A stretch of DNA of 64,000 nt from the NCBI GenBank assembly GCA_964016885.1, contig OZ024754.1:32054001-32118000 (forward strand), read 5' to 3'. The position numbers and the translations under genes were made by a program. This stretch comes from Eledone cirrhosa (lineage: Eukaryota). Positions 55,851-64,000 of this stretch are shown in pieces (position 1 is the stretch's first letter; the number at the start of each line of letters is the position of its first letter). The notes beneath the pieces were generated by a model. The model was not told where the DNA came from and ran no database searches. It saw only the letters and a program-made list of their open reading frames with translations.

Positions 55851-56041
55851 GAATAAATTTAGTCCTTCATCAGTGATCTTCCAGCCTTCATTGGTATTTC
55901 ATCGCTTTAAAGTCTATATACCTCCGGTTGGTGCGAGCAACGGCTAAAGAAAGTCGTTGGGACACGTAAATAGGGGGAACGGGCGAGACAGGAAACAAAC
56001 AAAGATGGTAATGCAACGAAAAGTGAGGAAGAAGGAGTCAA

Positions 56042-56083
<42 letters not shown>

Positions 56084-56235
56084 CAAAGGAGGTGTGGTAA
56101 GGAACCAGATGGACCATAACGCACCAGAGTACTCAATACTTAAGGTAGTAGAGTGGGTAATAGGAAAAAGTTTAACCCCGATGGCAGAGCTCAAGGCGTC
56201 GATACGGCTTGAGCTCTGCCATCGGGGTTAAACTT

Positions 56236-56266
<31 letters not shown>

Positions 56267-56390
56267 GTAATAATAATAAATTTGAAGACTAAAATCGAAA
56301 GAGGGCTCGATAAGGATAAATATATATTAAACATATAAGAACCGTAGAGCAAATATTTATTAAAATAACAGATTAAAGTTTAATCTGTTA
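55505..56390. repeat. Compound inverted duplication (about 300-bp arms of families B+E) around a family D piece
   Basis: 55505-55805 reverse-complements 56080-56390. Confidence 0.88.
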
Positions 56391-56467
56391 TTTTAATAAA
56401 TAAATATATATATATATATATATGTAAATATGATAATAATGGAGCTGCGGCGCTGCAAATGGGTTAC

Positions 56468-56571
56468 ATATGAAAAAGTTTGTCCTCATCAGTGGCCTTC
56501 CAACCGTCGTAGGCATGACGAAATACCTACGACGGTTGGAAGGCCACTGATGAGGACAAACTTTTTCATAT
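56468..56571. repeat. Palindrome with CTGATGAggac half-core
   Basis: About 46-bp arms around catgacgaaata. Confidence 0.9.
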
Positions 56572-56817
56572 ATATATATATATATATATTACTGTTACGA
56601 TCGTGACCGAACAAGTTAACTACTACAGACCATGTATTCCCCAGTACACAGTAATTCACGGTGAAACGACAGACGATAGGAGGGTGAAACTAAGGAGTCG
56701 GGTGGTTGTGCGATTGTTGGTGAAACATGGGTGCAGAGAGCGGGGAAATATCACAGTTAATAGACGGGGAAATGAAGGATTAATATTTGAAAGGAAATGG
56801 CAACAGGTGGTGATATA

Positions 56818-56902
<85 letters not shown>

Positions 56903-56948
56903 TCATATGTATATACATATATATTTATATATATGTATGTATACACAC

Positions 56949-57011
<63 letters not shown>

Positions 57012-57060
57012 CACCTGTTACCATTTCCTTTCAATTATTAATTCTTCATATATATATATT

Positions 57061-57098
<38 letters not shown>

Positions 57099-57409
57099 CG
57101 TAGAAGTGGTGAACTAACTGTTGTGTAACCACTTCTACCTAACTCGTCCCATGGACTGAGTGCTCTACCACTACGGATATTACCTTCCAGTGTTCTACCA
57201 CTATATATATATATACATATATATATACATATATATATATAAGTTAATATATACATTGTACCGATTGTGTTGTTATTTCTGTTTACCTTTTACATAAATA
57301 TATATATATATATAGGTCAAGGCGACATAATAAACCAAAAGGCGAAAACAATGTGGAAGAAAGAAGATACGTGATTGATAAAATATTTACATAAAAAATA
57401 AGAATTATC

Positions 57410-57690
57410 CACTTCCCATTCAAAGGTGGTAGATCCCTTATCTGGGATGCAACGCGTTTCGTCGCGTCCTCAGCCTCCAACTTAGTCGCTTCGGCCACAA
57501 ACCCCGGTACTGCGGCCCGCAATGTAGAGGAAAGGAAGACAAATAACGGGGATTGTCCGACTGCTTCATCTTCGCACTGGTCGTCGTTGAGACCTCAGGC
57601 GTACTTGGACCCTATACTGCTGAGCTCCTCTGCAATGTCGGAACGTCGGCAGCCCGTCCGAGGAAGGAGCCCCGCGAGAGCCCATCACCC
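57410..57690 (+). mobile_element. CRE-clade retrotransposon restriction-like endonuclease fragment
   Basis: PFKGGRSLIWDAT..GTAARNVEERK../LSDCFIFALVVVETSGVLGP. Confidence 0.75.
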
Positions 57691-57921
57691 TCCTCTCATT
57701 CTTCTGTGACCCAAGAGACGTTTTTAAATATTTGTAGTGTTGTTGTTATTTTTCTTTGTTTTTATTAATAAAACGTAATTCTCTTCTCTTAACCCCCCCC
57801 CCCCCCCCCAACTAAGAACGATGTGAGGGCAGTAGAAATATTTAGTAGAAAGAGAAGGAGAAATCTAATGTTTTTTTTAGAGGGAACCTTTTATCAAAAT
57901 AGTATAAGAATAGAATAAGAA

Positions 57922-58455
57922 ATAATTGTTTCTACTTTAGGCACAAGGCCAGCAATTACCCAGTGCATTACTGGTACTTTATTTTATCGACCCCGTAAGG
58001 ATGAAAGGCAAAGTCAACCTCGGCGGGATTTGAATAAGAAATAATGATTTCTAGTATAAGCACAAGGCCAGCAATTTTGGGGTAGGGAAACGTCGATTAA
58101 ATCGACCCCAGTGCGTGAATGGTACTTTATTTTATCGACCCCGTAAGGATGAAAGGCAAAGTCAACCTCTGCGGGATTTAAACTCAGACCGTAAAGCGGC
58201 GTAACTCTATGCCGACCCTCTGCCGATACTGCCAATCTATCGCCCTAGGGAGATTTTACATAACTGTTTCTACTTTAGGCACAAGGCCAGCAATTACCCC
58301 AGTGCATTACTGGTACTTTATTTTATCGACCCCGTAAGGATGAAAGGCAAAGTCAACCTCAGCGGGATTTAAACTCAGACCGTAAAGCGGCGTAACTCTA
58401 TGCCGATCCTCTGCCGATACTGCCAATCCACCGCCCTAGGGAGATTTTACATAAT
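57922..58455 (-). mobile_element. Three tandem SINE family 1 copies
   Basis: Last two share an internal deletion and flank gccctagggagattttacataa. Confidence 0.87.
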
Positions 58456-59052
58456 GAAAGCTATACACATGTTCACAAGAGAAGACATCTCTCACCCACT
58501 CCAAAGTGGGTGGGAGATCCCTGCGTCGGACGGGTAAAGTGACAGGTTTGTACTTGTATTTTAGAAACTGTTCAATCTAGGAGGTTCATTTTTTTTTACG
58601 ACAGATTATTGATGAGTTTTATTTTACGACAGATTATTGATATGTGTTTGATTTTGTGGGTCATTCTGTTTTTTATATACATTTACTTTGGTAGTTTTCT
58701 GGCGCGGTTTTTTTTATATGTTAAGCTCACATCTCGCTTTTATTGAATATTTTATTAGAGTGAGTGGGTTGCAGTTTATCTACTTATCTGTGTGTATGTG
58801 TCTTGATCTCAGTCCCGAGCTACTCAGTCATGTAGCTTACTACGTGTATCTATTTCTCATTCACACACACACACACTCACACTCACACACACTCGCACAA
58901 TCATGAATGAATGAATCAATTTATATGTCTATCGGTTTTTATACTACTGTCCACACGGCGGGTATATGTGTGTGTACATGTCCGTCTTTACCCCCCCCCC
59001 CCCTCCACACACACAGCCTCACACACACACACACGCACGCACTCCTTCCCTC

Positions 59053-59096
<44 letters not shown>

Positions 59097-59310
59097 CAGT
59101 GTGTTCGCTTTTTACGTGAAGATGCGTTCGTGAACGTGGCGCGTAAAGCAAATTCGCGTAATTCAAGTCTAATATTTCTGATAAATGAAAACATTAAAAA
59201 CCACACGCGTTATAGCGTGTTATTAGTACAAAGTGAATATTTAATAATATTTTTTCAAGACGCGTTAAAGCGAATTCGCGTACTTCAAGTTCGAGTAAAA
59301 AGCGAACAGA

Positions 59311-59313
<3 letters not shown>
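59097..59313. mobile_element. Tc1/mariner-type MITE in TA tract
   Basis: 19-bp TIR cagt(g/c)tgttcgctttttac; TA context. Confidence 0.75.
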
Positions 59314-59377
<64 letters not shown>

Positions 59378-59775
59378 GGGTGGCCCAAAAGTCACTAGAC
59401 CATTTTAAAATATAATGATGTTTTTACAATTCATTTTTATCTCCTTATAATATATAACCAGCAATTTCTCTGTCTGTCTGTCCGACAGTGGAAACACGTG
59501 CGCGCGTGCGAATGTTTTTTGCGCACGCGACGCGTAGAGAGAGAGAGTGAGAGTGAAAGAAAGAGACAGACTACAAGAGGGGGATAGCGGGAGGAAGAGA
59601 GGGGGGAATTGAAGAGTGCTACAGAAACATATATACATTTCTGTGTGTGTGTAATATATATATATACACACACAGAAATATATATATATACACACAGAAA
59701 TATATATACATTTCTGTGTGTGTAATATATATATATATATACACACAGAAATATATATACATTTCTGTGTGTGTA

Positions 59776-59810
<35 letters not shown>

Positions 59811-60203
59811 GAAATATATATATATTTCCGTGTGTGTATATATATATATATATTACACACACAGAAATGTATATATATTTCTGTGTGTATATATATATAT
59901 ATATTACACACACAGAAATGTATATATATATCCACACAGAAATATATATACATCCCTTAGCTACTGTACTGTATCTGTTGCTATCTCTCTCTCTCTCCAG
60001 CTATCCCTCTCTTTTAGTCTGTCTGTTTCTCTCACTCTCACTCTTTCTCTTTGTAACACACTAACATTCCTCCCCTCTATCGCTGTGACGAATGGGGAGA
60101 TAGAGGAGGAGGAGGAGGAGGAGGAGGAGGAGAGAGTCACTTCGTCACTTCACCTCTGCCTTTCTTTCTCTCCCCTCTCACTCCCTCATGACGTACAGAC
60201 ATT

Positions 60204-60395
60204 AGGGCGGTGGATTGGCAGAATCTGTAGAGAGTCGCACCATGCTTCATAGCATGGAGTTACGTCCCTTTACGGTCTGAGTTCAAATACCGCCGAGTTT
60301 AACTTTGCCTTTCATCCTCACGGGGTCGATAAAATAAAGTACCAGTAATGTACTGGGTAATTGCTGGCCTTGTGCCAAAAGTAGAAACAATTATT
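60204..60395 (+). mobile_element. SINE family 1
   Basis: A box, B box, central domain, aattatt tail. Confidence 0.87.
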
Positions 60396-60591
60396 AGAAA
60401 CATTGCTTCATTTTTACATATCTAAGCATTAGTAAAATAACTAATAATTTCAAAAGTAATTTTTCAATTCCAATTGTTATGAACAGCAAAACATTAATAA
60501 TAATTTTGTTCTAAGAAATATATATACATTTCTGTGTGTGTAATATATATATATATATACACACAGAAATATATATACATTTCTGTGTGTG

Positions 60592-60646
<55 letters not shown>

Positions 60647-60664
60647 GAAATATATGGGCATTTC

Positions 60665-60698
<34 letters not shown>

Positions 60699-61187
60699 CT
60701 TCCCTAAAACTCAAATGTAGGTGCTACAGAAATATTACCTTCCTCTTCCTTTCTCCACTTTGGTACTACCAAGAGAAACACTGTCGCTATAGAAACATTA
60801 CCTTCCCCTCTCCACTGACTTTGGTCACTGAGGCCGAGGGAATCTCTGGTTGCTATAGAGACACCTTGCACAAGCCAGAAGTATCCAGTTCGAGGCGGTT
60901 CTGACTTGACACCATGCCAAGGACCATTTGAAGATATATTTCCATCGTTATATCATAACGTTTATATTTCCGTCACTAATCCCTTTTTCTCCTTTTTCGT
61001 TTTAACATATATTTATTTCAAAGATTTCACCGTATAGATAACATATATATTTATACATGCATAAAAGACACACCGAGAGACGGTGAACATGTGGTGCCGA
61101 AAACATTTCTCATCCAAATCTCAACAATATCAGTATATACACTAGATTTGCTAGCAGAAAACCGCCCACCAGGTGGTTTTCTGCTAG

Positions 61188-61870
61188 TCTCTATATATAA
61201 AACTTAGGATGTCTGTCTGTGTGTGTGTGAGTATGAATCCCTAAAACTAGAGAACCACCCAACCGACTGTTTTAAAAATTTACACATGTAATACTTATGT
61301 TTCAGGGAGTGTTCTGAGCAAAAAAAAATTCAAATTTTCAATGCCCTAGGGACAGCATTAGGCGATTTAGCGATCTCTCTCTATAATTCTTAGTCTTTCT
61401 CTTTTTAGATAGATACGTACATATAACGTCGCGCCCTTGTAATATCTGTCTGTATCTCTGACTGTCTGCATTACGTCAATTCCTACAATTCCCTCTCCAT
61501 CCAAAACGCGCCCTTATAATATATGTCTGTATGTCTGACTGTCTGCTGCCCGCATTAAGTAAAAAACTTCATTTTTTCAGCTTTTTAGGGCTTTTTTGAT
61601 GCGTTACGTCTAGCCGATTTTCCCAAAATTTCAATGCATATTATGCACATAAAAAAATTCATTTTCTTGATCCCCTAGGGCCTACATTAGGTGAAAACCT
61701 GCATTTTTCCTGCTTCATTGAGGAAAATCTTAAAGATTATCCAGCCATCAGAGTATTCGGTTTATTTTCTTTACATATTGTCGGAGCATGCAGTTTTTCT
61801 ACCATTAGGTCTGTTGGCGGCTCGCGTTCCAAAATAGCTTATCCCGTGCAACTCCGGGTAACACTGCTAG
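61188..61870 (+). mobile_element. Non-autonomous Helitron
   Basis: 5' TCTATATATAAAA + (GTCT)n, subterminal hairpin cccg-tgcaactc-cggg, 3' CTAG followed by T. Confidence 0.8.
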
Positions 61871-62487
61871 TATATAATAAATTATTATATTTTGAAATTG
61901 TCAAGTGAATTTTAGGCCGCCCTGTACTTGCTATAGGATAAGCTTCAAAGAAGGAAATGTCTTGCTGACTCACAGCATTCTGTAATGCCATTTAACTTGA
62001 ATGATTGAAGTTCCTTTAGTAACCGCAGTGTTAAGCTTGCCTGAAGATTTCATCTGCAACACTAGTCACTAATTTAATTGTTAACATTCTGTAATAATTC
62101 AGCAGAAAATATTTTAAAACAGGATCTGTCAAAATTTGCAGTATTACATTAAATATTGTATATACTCGAAAACAGATTTTTAGGGTGAGTGAGAGATGTC
62201 TTCTCTTGTGAAAATGCGTATAGCTTTCATTATGTAAAATCTCCCCCTTTTTTCTCATTTTTTCCCCGTTTTGGGGCACTTTTTTTCATGGTACTCCATT
62301 TTGTTTTTTTAGAGGTTGGTAGGTCCGAGAATATGGGCCGAGGAATATATAACTTCAAAAATTCATTGTAAAACATATGTTGATTTGCTGCCTCGATATA
62401 TAAACGGCGGTTTGGATATTAGCTTATTTCTCAGGCATAAAATAGGGAGTCGACTTATATTCGATTATATGCGGTATTTTAACTATT

Positions 62488-62685
62488 TAATTGTTTCTAC
62501 TTTTGGTTTCTACTACAAGGCCAGCAATTATCCCAGTGTATTACTGGTACTTTATTTTATCGACCCCTTAAGGATGAAAGGCAAAGTTAACCCCGGCGGG
62601 TTTTGAACTCAGTCCGTAAAGGGACGTAACTGTGCTGCAAAGCATGGCGTCCGACCCTCTACCAATACTGCCAATCCACCGCCTG
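62488..62685 (-). mobile_element. SINE family 1 with target-site duplication
   Basis: gtattttaactatttaat flanks both ends. Confidence 0.88.
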
Positions 62686-63124
62686 TATTTTAACTATTTA
62701 ATGTGATGCAGTTATACTGCTGTTTTGTACTTCATCAATAAGACTTCACAGAACGATGTAACACAACCATGGACAGTACAGATTGTAAGAACAATACTGA
62801 TGATTCTTAGCCATTGATTTCTTAGTCACTGTTATCGATACATACACACTTCATGATGCTTTAACAATACTTGTAATTAACAAATTAATACATTGTAATT
62901 AACAAATTAATACATTGTATATCTTAACATTTATTTTGAAAATGTAGTCGTCACAAAGCTAATAGATATACTATAATGGTTTCGGATTTAGACACAAGAG
63001 GGGAGAGAAACGTCGATTAAATTGATCCCCAGTGCGATACTGGTATTATGTATAATAGCATTTTTCCGTTTCCTCCCTGCCCGTCTCCTCAATCTTTCTA
63101 TTGCTTCTTTAATTTCTCATTCTA

Positions 63125-63160
63125 TCTTCTGATGAAGGACTAGCGTCCGAAATGTTGAGA
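63125..63160 (+). ncRNA. Minimal hammerhead of the Neptune-type pseudo-LTR
   Basis: tctt-CTGATGA-a-ggac-tagc-gtcc-GAAA-tgtt-gaga; stem III probably decayed from AACGTT (gaaacgttaagac seen at 22611). Confidence 0.72.
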
Positions 63161-63259
63161 CTCTTTTCCTACTATATCAAGAATAAGACTAATAATATAT
63201 TTCTCCATTGTACTGTGTCTTTGGCTTTGTTATTTCTGTTTGCCATTTGCATATATACA

Positions 63260-63322
<63 letters not shown>

Positions 63323-63427
63323 CAGTATATATATATATATATACGTTATTCCGGGTTGATTCGGAGGTAACCACAGTAAGTAAGGTACTCAATACATTGC
63401 AGAGTATAAAAGTTTTAATATAGATGA

Positions 63428-63476
63428 GATTCTACAGGACTAGAACTGTTTCATTCTTTAGAAATCATCAGGAATC
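63428..63476 (-). ncRNA. Type I hammerhead ribozyme, family C
   Basis: gattc-CTGATGA-tttc-taaa-gaat-GAAA-cag-ttctagtc-ctg-TA-gaatc. Confidence 0.88.
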
Positions 63477-63763
63477 ATATATATATATATATATATAAAC
63501 GGAAAAAATGAAACGATATTTCATTTCCCACTCTTAGTACGGCTGTTACTTAAATATAAGTATGTACACGTACATACATATATGTATACCGACGTACAGT
63601 AGTATGTATATATATATATACATACATGCACACATATATATATGCACGTATGGATTCACCGAATATTTATTATAATGCTCGGTGTGTTTGTAAACAAACA
63701 TCCCGTATTAAGCCGTAGTGTCTAGCAACCACCGTTGCTCGTTTGTTCAACACTGACAAAGGA

Positions 63764-63806
63764 ACGCTGTACTAGTTTCAAGCTTGTTAGCTATCGTCAG
63801 CAACGT
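63764..63806 (-). ncRNA. Minimal hammerhead ribozyme, family G (inverted copy starts 63976 and runs off the window)
   Basis: acgttg-CTGACGA-tagct-aaca-agctt-GAAA-ctagta-cagcgt. Confidence 0.9.
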
Positions 63807-64000
63807 ATACCTTCCTGCCAGATTGTTGAACGTATATACTTACCTTATGCATGTGTGTTTGTAAACAAACATCCCGTATTAAGCCGATTAACCCACTCGA
63901 TATGCAAATTGGGCTACTCAGCCGTTAATATGCATAAGGTAAGTATATACGTTCAACAATCTGGCAGGAAGGTATACGTTGCTGACGATAGCTAACAAGC

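Larger units (their letters stand above)
59376..61924. mobile_element. Non-autonomous Tc1/mariner-type element with nested insertions
   Basis: Imperfect 44-bp TIRs cagggtggcccaaaagtcactagaccattttaaaatataat / reverse complement at 61881-61924, TA on the right. Confidence 0.7.

Overview
AT-rich, repeat-dense eukaryotic DNA, most likely octopus/coleoid cephalopod (inferred from zinc-finger gene style, SINE types and microsatellite load). Host genes: two paralogous single-exon poly-C2H2 zinc-finger ORFs (217-1785, 11467-12687, +) and a spliced minus-strand gene for an approximately 265-aa single-pass membrane protein with a tyrosine-motif tail (38673-38579 + 36042-35340). The rest is transposon debris: Penelope-like elements (Naiad- and Neptune-type), RTE, Vingi, HERO, R4/Dong and CRE LINE fragments, tRNA-SINEs, Tc1/mariner-type elements, a Helitron, and mini/microsatellites. 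The most striking signal is invisible in the ORF track: about 20 intact or degenerate minimal type I hammerhead ribozymes from roughly ten sequence-unrelated short non-coding families. They sit in (TA)n tracts, often as foldback palindromes, and several families share an upstream ATGCAAAT octamer and/or a downstream GAGTRC motif. In one case an inversion breakpoint lies at the predicted self-cleavage site. All structures were folded by eye, no database search was run, and repeat boundaries are approximate.
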